64,000 nt of DNA from Balanoglossus misakiensis (GCA_040954595.2 CM082579.2:1997908-2061907), one strand, 5' to 3'; counted from the first letter of the stretch, positions 41,500 through 55,075 are shown. Translations and numbers: made by a program. The notes: generated by a model not told the origin, from the letters alone.

Positions 41500-42250
41500 A
41501 TTGTTGTTAGGAATGGCTTCGAAATGCGTTCTTGGTTCTGGTCAAGCGGCGCACATCCTTGAAAGGATAACTTCCGTTCGCTTGTAATTTCCTAACGAAG
41601 TTGAACGATTAAATTACCCGAACAATCACACACGGAAGACACTCGGCAGTTTAAATTACGGGTGGAACTGTTTAAGCACCTGCATGTGCCAACCTCCAAC
41701 CGATACCAAAACAACACAACCGAGCTTGTTAACAAGCGCGACACGCCTCGTTACATCTCAACAACGCGGCCTTAGGGGGTCTTTTTGTCACACAACCTGC
41801 AAGACACCGGAGAAATCCGATTCCTGGCAAAGAACAACTATCTATCTCTCCAGATTTTTACGCCCCGTGCATTTTGTGCACAAAGGAGAAGGGAAAAAAT
41901 CGTAGCACTTTGCAAAAATGATAATATTAGTTTTGGCGATATCTCCACTGAAGGAACTCTTCAGTAGCCGGGCATTTTCAAACCCGCGGTCCTCTAGCTC
42001 TTCGAACAGAAACAGCGTTGGTTACGTCGCACTCAGTGTGCGGTTACGGATGTGTGTCGGGCTTATAAAGAGGCAGTTCTCTCGCAAAAGGATCCAGTTT
42101 ACGGCAGGTGGACTGGTGACCTCCAAGAAACGGGGATCGCTAGTCGTAAAAACAACGGACCCTGGACAAGCAGAAGCGAGCTGCCGACCGCGAGGGAGTC
42201 GTTTGCCGATTCACTTTTACACGGCGCACCTCATAAATAGCACCAACTAA
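41500..42250 (+). mobile_element. LINE RT fossil
   Basis: LVTSQQRGLR (QxGFR), SSRAFS, LIKRQFSRKRIQFTAGGLVTS. Confidence 0.5.
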
Positions 42251-42879
42251 AACTAACTACACCGCATAAATTTGGACAGCTAAACAAAGACACCTATTCA
42301 CCGTATTCTCTAGTTGCCATAATTCTTGTGTTTTTCTCACAATTCCCCTGTCATATTGTTTCAACGAGCTCGTTTCGAATTCGGGCTTCGCCGGCTCATA
42401 CTCTTCCACCAGGGTGACAGACGATACGTTCTTTTGTTGGGGTGCATGTCATGTACATGCACGTAATTTGAAACGTTTCACGCCGATTCGCAACTCATTG
42501 AGCATGGACATTGCCAAAAAAAGAAAGAAAGAAAAAGAAGAAAAATGTCAGAGGGATGCCCGCAGGGGATAGGAATGAGCCACCAAGTATGTGAAATGGA
42601 AACAAGCGTGTCTCTGACCATAAATAATTTTGGCCTTTGAAACACAAAAATCTACCGGTATATGCAAAGCTGTTTACCTAAGTGGTAAACACTGGTTTAG
42701 TACTAAACTCAGTAAAACTCCAATTTGCACTATCTCACTTCTTCTCTGACTGCGAAGTTAACATTCTGGGGCAAGAGCGATTTTTGAATGTCTGAAATGT
42801 TGCTGCCGATTAACAGGTAGCGTTAATAGGTCTCATTGCCCGGATATTGTAGAGAGGATGTTTTCTTCTCTAAGTCACT

Positions 42880-43830
42880 TGCCATTTGCTCCACTTTAAC
42901 CAAAGGTATCATAGTCATAAAGGGGTTATGCTGACAAAGGTGGGGGCCAAAATGATCATAAGCGGTTTGAAAACTAAGACTTATTCTCTGTTTGTCTCCC
43001 CGTTTATGTCTAAAAATCGTTCTCTGCCGTCCGTCGGTCTGAACGCTGAGCATGGGATAATGCGAGAAATATTTTGTGAAAGCATCCCCTTAAGGCAAGC
43101 TTGACGCGAGTGGCGCATCGCACAAAACGCTCTCTGTGTCGACGGCGCCATGGCTATGGAACGGCACAGGGTGTGTGTGCGTCGTTTCTCATGTTTTCAC
43201 CCGGTACAACACAGATGGCTCTTGGGTTCTTTTCATTTCTTGGCTATTGGCGGTGAATTTGGGACAAAAATCAGACGAGCTCGTGGCGGCGTCGGCGACT
43301 GAGGAAGGGGGGGGGGATTTGACCGTGTATGCCGCCGCACGACCAAAGTGGCAGGTGGGATGGTTAGCCCCAAGGAAGGAGCTATCACTACCACGGAAAC
43401 TCATCAATGCTTGTGTCAATACCCGGAGTCATTGTCACGGAAAATTCTGAAATGACTTTTCCAGAAACACTACTTTCAATTCGCCATCATTTTATCTGTA
43501 TTATTTCACGCTACTCTGACTTGCTAACTGTGCGGCTATGTGCACATGCGCAGACAATTTTCCGCCAGATCCCTACTGACCGACAATATTGCAGAAAATC
43601 CGAGAGATTACTGCAACGGTTGAGTCACAATAGTAAAATCCATTTGAACATTGCTACGATTAGGATGACAGTGACGCCTACGATAGGAGACGCACAAGGC
43701 GACGGGGAAATTTTCATGCATGGCTCCGAGCAGTCGCTGAAACGTGCTTATTTTTACTAGGGCGTTTTTTTCATCGAGAAAGTTAATTCAACATCCCAAA
43801 GCTACATTTGCCAGTATAATTCTAACAGCG
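42880..43830 (+). mobile_element. LINE RT fossil
   Basis: HKGVMLTKVGAKMI, LCAHAQTIF (FADDTTIF), NSKIHLNIAT (NKLxLNxxKT), Y*GVFFIEKV (YLGVxFDxKL). Confidence 0.55.
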
Positions 43831-46779
43831 ACTGCCTTCGTTAAATCAGCAATGGAAATTATGGAGAACAGTGAGATATAGATAATCAGACATGTCGTGG
43901 GAAAAGAGAAAAGGCGACAAAACTGACACAGATGCACTGTGAAGCTGAGTCGCCTTGATCATCATCACACTTCGCTTTGCTTCGGGTTTTTGGCATTGAT
44001 AATGAGCTTGATAGCTGCAACAGATGGAACGGGTCATTGGCAATAACGCCAATGAAATGCAAAAGAACAGCTGAGTGAACTGATATCACCGATATCAATT
44101 AATTAACTTCACGCACATTGACCACTGATGAGGACACTAGTTATTCATGACTGCTCTTTTTCGTTGACCTGGTCATTCAGGCCACGGACTCCTACACGTG
44201 ACCCGTTTCCTCATTATCGAGCGACGACTCTCATATGAGAGTGTATGAGATCATCCATACATAAACGCAATTCTAAAGTTTCAAGATCATGTAATCATCT
44301 TAATCCCGTGGTTTCACAGCTGGGTAAATATAGTAAAAGTGGACCAGGGAGCGGTGGCAGGGAAAACTGGTGACAAAAAAAACTTACATGCAGAAGGACA
44401 GACACCACGAGGTAGCTACAGAGAAGAGTGGGGAAGGGGTGTGGCGTTGTGCGCGCGCAGACAGTCAGTGGGGGTGGGGCTGGGAAGGGAGCTGGAAAGA
44501 AGCGACGTCTGGAATTAAGACACGACAGAGAAATCATCATTTCAACTCAAACTAGGGAAACATCCATTATTTACAAAAAATGTATGACTTTTTACAGATA
44601 ATCACAAAACAAACTGTTTTGGTATTTAACATTGAAAAAAAACTGGGAAGCTTTTTTGGCAAAGCAAGCGATTTGGAATCTACCCCCAATCAGGATGTAA
44701 TCACGCTTCTTGCCAACTCAATACACCTACGCATTGCCATGAGTTACCATATGGGTAGGTATTTTATGTGTATGACCGTAGATCGCCTTCAATATATTTC
44801 TTATCTGACGGCGATATCTCGCTGGTGGCTATTTTACAAGGAATAAATTAACATTTTGACCGATACTTTGTGGCTTCCATACAAGACACAAATTGTTACC
44901 AGCAAACGCATAAATCACCCATCTCAATGCAAGTTCCAAAGTCACTAGCCACGCTTCACTACGTCTTTTGTTGGGCTTCCACAACAACTCAATTGAGAAC
45001 AATCCAGCCACCCGAAACGGGACTCCATTTGTAAACTCGTGTCTCGATTCCTATCCAGATCTGCGAATATCGACACGTTTTTTCATTTGGTACAGATTTT
45101 TAACGCGAGTTCATTGTTTCTGTCTACTACATGAAATCGCGATGACGCAAGCAATCACTTGTACCCCATTTTCTTGACAAAAGTCATCGTCCATGATGAG
45201 ACCTCACTGTACGACTTTGTGTGACTTTCAATACTTGAATTCTCAAATCAAATCAAATCAAATGAAAAGACAATCTCACATGGAAAGACAATCAAATTGA
45301 CCTAACGTTACCATCTTTACTTTCGCGAACTGCAAAAAAGGTCACTCTAAAAAATTCATCAAAAACTTGAAAAGTTATCGCACAGTTCGTTCGCTTACGA
45401 AAGTTAGTCTACGTACACTGATAAAAAATCACAAGACAAAATCAATGGTGATAGCTGCGATGTGATTTGATTCGTTGGCCTGCCACGGTCTGTCCCAATA
45501 TCTGCAATTATGACATTAAACTGACGTCAAAAGAACAATCTAGCGCTTTGCGAAGCAGAGAGGCAAAGTGCAAACTACACAACGAATCCGCAGAATGGAA
45601 TATGTTGCCGCCGGCAATGTGAGGGATTACGAATATTTAACCCATAGATTGCTATCCGTGACAAAAAAGCATTAAAATATAGAGATTAAAAGAGATAGCC
45701 TGGCGTGAGTCAATTTACACCCCAGAAAGAAAATTTAGATAACCACCGATTTCACATTGCGCAAGGCTTTTTTAGGTTGGATGGTGATAGGACGATTCGT
45801 ACACTTTAAATATTAGCAAGACATATTGGAATCAGTTGCCTTTTACGTAATGATAATCCCTAACAATATAGTATAAGCATTAACAAATGAGTCCAAGATC
45901 CAATAATTGATTGATTGATCATCGAATTGTCAAAAATCTCCCGAACAATGGAGGCAATTTCGTTCCGATCCGAGCAAAGACGTGCCAAGACGCGTCGATA
46001 CACGTGTTACTCGATGAAAATGTAAGAGACAAAACAAGGGCGGTTAAGAGCAAATTATCATGGCGGTGATTTTTGTACCGGGAACTGCACGATTGACTGC
46101 CTCCATGAACGGACGCGCTCAAACGTCCTCGGGGGGTGTAGACGTCGCGTCTCGTGTATGATGAAAATTTAGAAAAAGCGAGAGAAAAAAATCGATGGCT
46201 TGTAAAATGCGGCATTTCAGTTTCAGTAATCATCTCAGTGACCGTTCCAAAGCACTTCTGCATTGTAAACGCGACCAGATAGCGATTTTTCAGTCACGCC
46301 GGTAAAAAAGTTGAAAATTATTTTAATTTTTAAAATAACAGCAACCAACAGATTTCATCACATGCCAAAGTAACCACGCCTATTGCATCGTCCTTCGCCT
46401 CCACAAAAACCACTCGGAATTCCAACCATATACGTGTCTAACCCCTCCCCACACTCTTTCCATTTTAAAGGCAGGCCATAACTCAAAACGTGTGACAGCA
46501 TTTACCGTACAGTATAAAAAAAATCAAAAATATAACATAAAGGCTTGGCTGAGCTAATCACAAAGACATCAATTTAGTGAATTGAGGAAAAAGAGTACAG
46601 CAAATCAATCTAAATACGCACGATTTCATTGATTTTTCTCGCCAAATGAGTTCGCACTAAGTCAAACAAATTGCATTTTTCGTCTTCATTAGAGTGTGTA
46701 TAATTTCATCAAGACGACTTGCGAAACACATCAGAGGCAGTGAAGAAATCACAATATATGATTTTAGTACCATAATATT

Positions 46780-47040
46780 CGTATTATGGCGACTTGAGCG
46801 AAGTCGCCACTTCCCTAGAGAAAGCCTCTAACATGTCCGCCACGGCAGTCACACATGCGTAATTTGTGCGGAACTTTTCCTTAATAACGAAATGGGGGTT
46901 CAATTGGAAGAATATTACATCAAATATTAGATTAAATTTAGAAGAATAATTCCACGCGTATTTATATAAAGTGCTAATGTAGCATATCGCTGATGCGATG
47001 TTGGAGCACACTGTGTGTACAGTGTACCTCGTCAAATATT
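46780..47040 (-). mobile_element. LINE RT thumb fossil
   Basis: VHTVCSNIASAICYISTLYKY..LNPHF resembles HIxxVCxKISxxIxxLxKLRxY..IxPHF. Confidence 0.4.
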
Positions 47041-47469
47041 ACACAGAAAAATTACCCTGCCTCTCTCCAAACACTGAGCTAACACAGCCACATATACATA
47101 CACACAAATCGACTTCACTTACCAAAATACAACAAGATTCCCACGGTTAAAGAACTCTAACGTGATATTCACTCGAAATAACGAAGATACAAAGTATTAT
47201 GGTAGAATGACCCGCGGCGACTATCCAATAACCTATAAGCTTGAGTGCGTTATTTGCTATTTGTCCGCGTACATGAAAGCTGTGTAGTTCTGATTCTAAT
47301 GTACCCAATAACCTCTATTAATATCGCCGTTTTCCTTTCCCTGTGTTCTCTGCAGTAACCGTTTTCTTACACCCGAACAATCTCACACTACGAGAAACGC
47401 CAGAAAAAAATCACCGATCCATAATTGTATAAGGCCAGGCATTCGAGAAATTCGGCCATGGCCACAAGC

Positions 47470-48820
47470 GTGAAATGCGAATCAACAAAATCGTCAGTCA
47501 ATTTAACTTCGAATTCGATGAGATTACACTGATTGCGCCTTGCCGAGTAAGAGAATTCGGCCTCGGTATTTTTTGTTGTGAAAAATGCGTTCAAATGTCA
47601 TTTCTGGTAACAGGGACGCCGGCCAACAGTTATCTGTGGTGGAAATTACTGGGCTTCGTGTTAACTCTAGATATGGAAAATTTCTAATATAATTGTTTCA
47701 CTTAACAATACCGGATATTCGATGTGAGGATTGAGCGGCCATTAAACTTGAAATTACCAGTCGAAAAGTTCAAAAGTTGGTCAGAACGGCGGAAGTTCGA
47801 TGCACGGGTCCAACAATTCAGGAAACTCGGTGGTTCTTTTCCTTTATGGAAACTACGCGCAACTTTTACTAATATTATTATGCAAACACTTGAAGGGTAC
47901 AGATTGTACAGAGAGATTGAAAACGCTTAAGCAAACTACATGACAATTAATCCGTGTGTAGAACGCCAGCAAGGCTTCAGAAATCCGTGCTTCTGGATAA
48001 TAGAATTATACCGCCATCTCTGAGATTGGGGTCGCCAAATCGGATCAACGCCAAAGAGTAAACATGCTCCCACTTTCAAATTAATGAAAAGCTCGGCCAA
48101 AATGAGATCTCACGCAGTTTACCTGGGATATTTAAAAAGCAATTCAGCGGCGATTAAGTCTATAGGTTTTAATGGCCGACTTGCCTTTCAGTTCTTGTTA
48201 TACGCATCAGGATACGAGGAGAGTGTTTTCTTAATCATTTTACAGAGCAACTGTCGCACATACGCGCTATGCGGTGTTCCATTGTTCAATAGCAAAGCTA
48301 CAGTACGTATATTGGATCAATTCTAGACTACTACCCATTGACAAAGCGTTAGGTGTACCGGGAGTCACACAGTCCAGCCACATTCTCTTTTGCACATGCG
48401 CTCTAAGCGGACGCCCTCCCCCCCCCCCCCCCAAATGTCAGGAAACGCGACACACCAATTTATAGCCGAAAGTTTGCCGTACGCCGGTCCATTATTGCAT
48501 CGGCTGTGGCATTCAAAAAGCAAACGAACCCCCTACATCGTCGGCGACAAAAAATGCTTTCAGAAATTTCGTTAACCTAATGAACCCCAAACGGCGAAAC
48601 TCTGATATCTATATTATGCTATGAATAAAAAATTACAGTTAAACTTTGCCCCAATTCTGACGTGCGGATTGAAGATGGGCTCGTTGATTGATATCTCCCA
48701 TGCCTGCAATCTAATGTATTACACCTCCGAAATTGAGGCGAGTCACTCGATTAAATGGCGCCCAGACGAAGGAAATTGGTCGCTAATTTTCTCATTACGC
48801 ATCTTTTCGCAGTAATAAAT
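47470..48820 (+). mobile_element. CR1/L2-group LINE RT fossil
   Basis: SFLVTG..WK, HAVYLGYLKS, IKSIGFNGRLAFQFLLYASGYEESV...CGVP, NKKLQLN. Confidence 0.6.
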
Positions 48821-51329
48821 TTCCGACGAATAGGAGGCTGGCAATGCAGTGCTCTACTGAAAGTAGGGACCTGGATGTCGCTGTTCATACTTCACGCGGA
48901 GGATACTGCCCCAGGCACGGGAATGTATTAAAGGAAAACTATCAAGGTAATTGCTTAGTTAATTGTATTGTCTCTATGGCTAGGTGGATGCTACGAGCTG
49001 GAATAAATCATTAGACAATGCATAGAAATAACTTAATTAAAATCCCCAATAGTGGCCGTCACTTGGGGGGAACATGATGAACTCGCCGACTTGAAGCGCG
49101 GTGGTACGGGACGAAACGACCGCGCATGATCACTGTATGGCGGGGAACGGGAAAAGGGACAACTCGTACGTACATCAGCAACAAAGCTCCGTTGCTTCTT
49201 GTGGAATTCATGTTTTGGCTACAAACTAATATCAGAGAAGAAATTACGATAGAACACACTTGTACATTTTTTTTATGAAAATAAACTTTCACGGCCTACT
49301 GTTTTACAAGCTTCACATACAGACACATGACATCAACTGCAGCAGCAGTATACATCATTAAACATTGCATAATTTTGTTCTTTCCAAGGACTCAGTGAAA
49401 TTCATGCGTGCTAGTGACAAATTGGCCTACCAATTTCAAAATTTAAGACTTCTCGTCCGATTTGCTTCAATCTCATAACTGTTCGACTTGAAGCTGTCAT
49501 CACTATCAAATCAAACGAATGACATACACCGACAGTCGCTAAATTTTGAAGTCAAATGGTTTTCATAGGTTCATCATGCCGCGACAGAGATAAGATCTTT
49601 TAACACCTACACTCGGGTGATATTTCCCGTCCCCTCGCTGTACTTTTCTTTATTTCTGTATTTTGAGTGGGTGTGAGAGTTGCTTCGGGGTTCTTCAGGA
49701 ATGGGTCCCCGATAGCAGGCAGAGTCTCTGGTTCACCCTTGCATGACAACCACGTCTGTCAGACAGGACGGTCGGCGAAGACGAAAATCTAAAGGCCGCC
49801 ACGAGTGGACGACGCCCCATAACCGGGTCCTCGTCGCCCAATCCCGGCGGCCATTACACAGCGTCCCTATCACCACTCGCCAATCAGCGAGCACCGACAG
49901 CCTGTGGCAGGTTCAATCGCGCCTGTGGGATTTGATGTACTCTGCCCGCTGGCAAAACAACTGTTACTTTCGGGACTGTCGTTATGTCGGACACGTGTGT
50001 CCTCAGTGCCTTTATGTTCGTATTTGTAACACCCAGTAAGGGCGCAAAAAAGGCGAAACTAGTTCCTATATTATTCCCGCGGCAAAGCAATAAATTAAAC
50101 AGGTCGAAAAAGCCATCAAGAGTGTTAACTATAGAAGAAGGCAATGTGTCCCATAAAAGCAATTGTCAGGTAGTTGAAAGCTGGGGCCAATATCAGACTC
50201 GCTCTACATGACAGGGAATCCCCTGAAAGGCGCGTTATGGAGGCTTAAAGTTCGACCTCCGGCGGACATTTCCCACTGTACATGAAAAGCGACACCAACG
50301 ACAACGGCAGCGAGAACACAACATGAATACGGTGCCGATTACACGAAATTGGCTTACATCGCATGATCATGGATGTTCGCTCTTGTGTCTGCCTTCCCAG
50401 TCCAACAATGATATCAAACAGTTATGTGGCCTAATCTGATTTTCCGAAAGCTCGGGAACATATAAGAACGACCAAAAAACTGGACGACCGGCTTTGTCGC
50501 GAACTGTTTGTAGCATGACAGTTCAACGCTCAGCCACCAACCTACCCCCGAAAATTTCGTAAATATTCACCAAATGTCACGGGAAGTATTCATTTCATCA
50601 ACATTTCTCCGCCGACCGAACTTAAAATTATTTCTGAATCCTACTCCGAGTCCTCGCTAACCTAATTGGCCAAAGAACTTCTGGCCCCTAAAACGGCCAA
50701 AAGTGGTAATACGAGATGTCACGGTGCAGTGAATCAAAACGAAGAGTCTCCTCTCCAAATTGACAAAGCAAATACACACCCAAGTGCATGATACACCTGA
50801 AAGAACACCACATAGCATTTACTGGACCATGCTCGCGTCACTTCCGGAATACCTTACCACTAGGTTCCTGAATGCGATAGTCTTACACCAAGCGTGTAAC
50901 ACACAGACATACATGTAACGGGTGACCAGCGCCATGACTGTTTCACGGACACCAACCAACCGAAGATGACTGCCGGAACTAAGCAACACCAATATCACCT
51001 CTGCAACCTTTTATGTTTCCACCGCCAGCAAAGCAAACAAGTTTTTTTTCACATACAAGAGATACTACTTATGGAATGTTTGGCGTTGTTTTCGCTGCGT
51101 CTTAAAGGGGAACTTCTATGACGGAAGTTGCATCTTTCAAAATCATGATGAACTCATGAAGGTCAATAACGGCCGGACCGAAATCTGTCTCGATGTTTAA
51201 AGTTTTCTTTAGTAAAGACTACACAGGCTGAACGCTATAAAGTTTACGATAAAAACAATGATCACTTGGGGAAGTACAAAACACGCAGTGAAGTACCCTG
51301 AAAATTTGATGGAAAAGTACCCCCTCCCC

Positions 51330-51850
51330 TCGTTTGGCGGGAAAGTCTAAGTTATGGAAAGACAGTCACAGCATATTTTCATGCACTAATTTTTCTAACT
51401 TACCCCCAAAATGTTCCCATCACGTAGTTGACTACACTGCCCCTGGTTTGCATAATAGACTGGTGAAAATAACTTGCACTTTTTTATTGCCACCAAACAA
51501 AACATCTCATCGCTCCTACGTCATGTTTTGAACAAAACTTTCTGCGCAAAACTGGGAGTGTTTACATATAGAGTTACCCGCGCCCGTAAAAAATACAAAC
51601 TCAAAAAGTCAACATTTGTCTAGATTTCTCAGGCTCCGAATACTTCAGACTCCAGCGGTAAATAAATTATCGGCTGTGGTGTCGTTAGTGATTCTGCGGA
51701 TAATTGATGACACAGACCAGTACCGTTGTCTCCGCAGTCCCATAATTTCCGACGTAAGTACAGGAAAAGCCGTCATAAATCTTGGTTTAGTCAATGAGAC
51801 ACTGCGTCCTGGACCGATGATGGAATGCGAAGGCCCAACGGTGACTTGGT
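51330..51850 (+). mobile_element. CR1-group LINE RT fossil
   Basis: IFSCTNFSNLPPKCSH (DFSKAFDKVSH) and VNKLSAVV..RIIDDTDQYR (INDL..RLFADDTxLYR). Confidence 0.5.
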
Positions 51851-52799
51851 AGTCAGCCCACAATCACGATTGGCCTTCGCGGCTCTTGAAGTACTCGCCA
51901 TCCACTTCGCGGCGCTGTTTACAAAGTCAGCCGTGATATGCGAAGTTTGTTAAAATTATACATAGTATATGGTCTGACTATTTTTGTTTATTTGCCCGCC
52001 GGCACTAGTAAATGATGCGCTGCGCACTCGACTCAAGTTCTCTGTTGGCCGACTGAATTCGAATACACCCGCGATGCTGTTTACGGCTCATCTCGTTGCG
52101 TCTGGCGCCATCCAGCGAACGGTTCTCATACTTGCTTGATCATTGGTTAATTTATGGATGGGACTCGACTACCGATCTAAACCAGGATAGGGACACTTGA
52201 CATAAACCACACCACGCTTTCTAACGTATGGGATCTAAAAACTGCTGTGTCTGACTGGTTTTTGTCTCTGGAATAAAATAATATTTGACTATGTGTCTCC
52301 GTTTTTAGGCGCTCCGTCTGAGCGGGGCAAAGTACGGCGTACCTTCGGGCTTCGATCGCCGCTAATGGCGAAAGCGTTCGTTACTTTCAGCACAGAAGCT
52401 GGATGGGCGCCGGAGTTTACAGTTGTTTCATCTAATAACAGTTTCTTTTAATTTTCCAAAAATAGCAAACCTTTAAATCGAAACTCGTTGCTTGACAATA
52501 AACAGAGTCTGAACAGTATTGATGCTGATATATGTTTGTCATTGTCTTTTTTGTTTTGCTATTGGCCTGGTAATTGATGCAGAGAAATGACGTTCCTGGG
52601 GTCTCGTGTAAAATTATAACGCCCCAGTCGGCGAGACATGCGAAGACCCATTTAGTTTTCCATGGCCATCACCATCATCAAAATGAAAGCTAGTCAAAGC
52701 AGTCAACGATTATCTTTCAATCAAAAATCATGAGATACCGCACGAACTTTGCCGGTTTCGAGACGGACTAACATAGCGCAGACTCGGCAACTTGTGACA

Positions 52800-54000
52800 T
52801 TTGCAACCAAAGCCGCGAGCGGTATGCCGGACCAAGTTATTCCACGAATGTGTTTTATTGGCAGCCCAGACCGTTGATGGCATGGTGACTGGCTCCTCGC
52901 CTCATTAGGTGTTATAATACAGGGCAGCCGGGTTAAGCAAACTTTGAAACGGATACTTCTATGGATGGATAATGAGTCCAACAAAGTGGCAACTTGAGAT
53001 GAAAGAAAAATGCTGGCGAGGAATATCTTGGCCGGCACTTTCTGCAATGCGTGCGTAAAGCTTTCTTTTTCAGCTGTTGGATCGGCGACTCCGATCCGGA
53101 AGGCGATCTGAGCCGCTCGTCGCTTTCAGTTCATTGGTAATTTGATTCGAATCATCAGCAGAAGCGTAATTTGTCAGTGCTGTATAGACACATAAAAATA
53201 CCTATTCTGGGTCAACAGAATGAGAGGAAATTGGCCTCACTATTATCGTTTCTTTCTCTGTTTGCCAAACCTAAGTTTTGTGAATCTCTTCCGAAAAATG
53301 TAAAGCTTAGTTTTGTCTAAATGGATTCACGTAACCACGGTACTTTTCATTAAAGTGATTTCAAGTTTTCCAAGGGAGTTTAAAGTTGCAGTAATTTTGA
53401 ATTCTACACTGGATTATTACGTTCATATAAACGCGCATTGCGCAAAGGATCCGGGTAAAGGACTGGATGAAACGCCGTTACGGATACTTCGAGGATAAGT
53501 AGCATGACCAGGGTAAAGCAAGTAAAAATGTGGGTCCCAAGAGTACGATACTTGACCCCGCCACGACATAGGCGCTAAGCAAACTTTGTAACTGATCTAT
53601 TTATACGTCTGGCGTTATACAGACTCATTACGAGACCATCGAGGCATCGGTTTACCTCATGCGAATTCAGGAAGTCCGGGCTGCCAAGCGGCCACCAAAT
53701 TAGATCTGATACGATCGAGACAGAGGAGCCTAACCCAACAATCAAGGATACAACATTACAGCACTGTTCATGGGTTGTCTTGGTGAAGTAACACCAACGA
53801 TGCCAAAATATCTCTCGCATCTTCACTGGCAATATTGCCTTTACTTATTTACCAAGTATCATCTTTGGCTTTCGAAAAGTTCTCCAGACAAACACATTGA
53901 TGACCATTACGCTACGCGCAACATCAAAGTACATTACTTTTGTCGTTTTTCATTTTTTACGAGTATGGTACTGTCTGCTGTGTTGCCATGGGGCTACCTC
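52800..54000 (+). mobile_element. CR1/L2-group LINE fossil, RT core to C-terminus
   Basis: GMPDQVI..CFI, KVAVILNSTLDYYVHINAHCAK (LGVxLDxxLxxxxHIxxxCxK), PKYLS, HYATRN, FSFF..W.YL. Confidence 0.5.
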
Positions 54001-54115
54001 CTTGCTGTTATCGATACATCATGGTGACCTTTGACACAAGTTCAAGAAGGGAAGGCTAGCGCTTTAAGTTCCTATTGCATGTATTGAGAGTCTGGGAAGT
54101 TGGACAATATATTTA

Positions 54116-54428
54116 AGCAATAAAACACCCCCAGCCATGGTATATCACGAGATTTTGACCAGTTCACGACATATACGCACGAGCGATAGCGAGTGCGTAT
54201 ATGAAGTTGAACTGGTCAAAATCGAGTGGTATACCATGGCTGGGGGTGTTTTATTGCTATTATATTATGCCAGTATATTGAAACTTTGCATAAAACATTT
54301 TAAAAAGGCATTTTCTTTAACTATGATATATGACTGTGGTATATGGCTAATATATCACGGTCACGTGTCGTGTCTCGACCAATCAAATAGCGTGATTTAC
54401 ACCATCAATATACTGGTATAATATAATA
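54116..54428. mobile_element. Non-autonomous double-hairpin DNA element (MITE-like; architecture resembles non-autonomous Crypton-type elements)
   Basis: 143-bp near-perfect hairpin (54116-54258) abutting a second 24-bp inverted repeat pair (54258-54281 / 54405-54428, one mismatch) that encloses a gaccaatcaaatagcg motif. Family assignment is by recollection only. Confidence 0.7.
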
Positions 54429-55075
54429 AAGAGTATACAGCTAACATTCACATTTTAGTCTTCTTGCCTGATATTATGTGCTTCACAAGCCTAGGTTTAA
54501 TTTAATCACTAGTTTAGATCAGTTTCATTATAGCATAAACCTGCATTATACATCAATCACAAATTACAGTGCTCTGTTGTAGACAGTGTAACATCCGAAA
54601 CCTGCCAGCTCGAAAAAAAACCTTTGCAGAGACCACTGATTACCAAGAACTTTGTACTTGCACACCGATTTGAACAAACCTTTCTTTTGACTATCCATGA
54701 CTATTCAGACACCAAGTGGAGTGACCACGATTCAGAACCACACCCCCTCATGGTGAAAGACTTCTGAAACAGCGCCCCCAAGGTACATTATGACCAAAAA
54801 GTTTCTACTGGTACAAAGACTGACCAACGACTTATGAAATATGCTTGTCTGTGTCTCTGTGTGTGAATGTATGTACCACACTGACACAACAGAAAAAACA
54901 CTACACAGACAAAAACAATTGATGGTTGTTTACCTTCACTTGAATGGAGGTTTCTTCTTCATCTTCTTTCACTGATTCAAATCTTACCTTGAGTCACTGT
55001 TACTTGTTCAACTTGATTTCCTCCACAAACCATACATTGTAGACATCAACAAATCACCAGCAGAGCAATACACTA

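Noticed and set aside
22130-44720. Scattered TTCACGC strings resembling Pax6 paired-domain sites
   Set aside because: Only partial matches, at a frequency compatible with chance in CpG-rich DNA.
600-54000. Apparent antisense-to-host orientation bias of LINE fossils
   Set aside because: Several minus-strand fossils also occur, and by-eye detection is too incomplete to support a bias.
52100-54790. CTCF-like strings (gcgccatccagcg near 52105; gcgcccccaagg near 54772) close to the right CpG boundary
   Set aside because: Both miss core consensus positions; too weak without PWM scoring or ChIP.
54930-55030. Two good minus-strand donor motifs (aag|gtaag, aag|gtaaa) just inside the giant intron
   Set aside because: No convincing acceptor or conserved reading frame; cannot call an exon.
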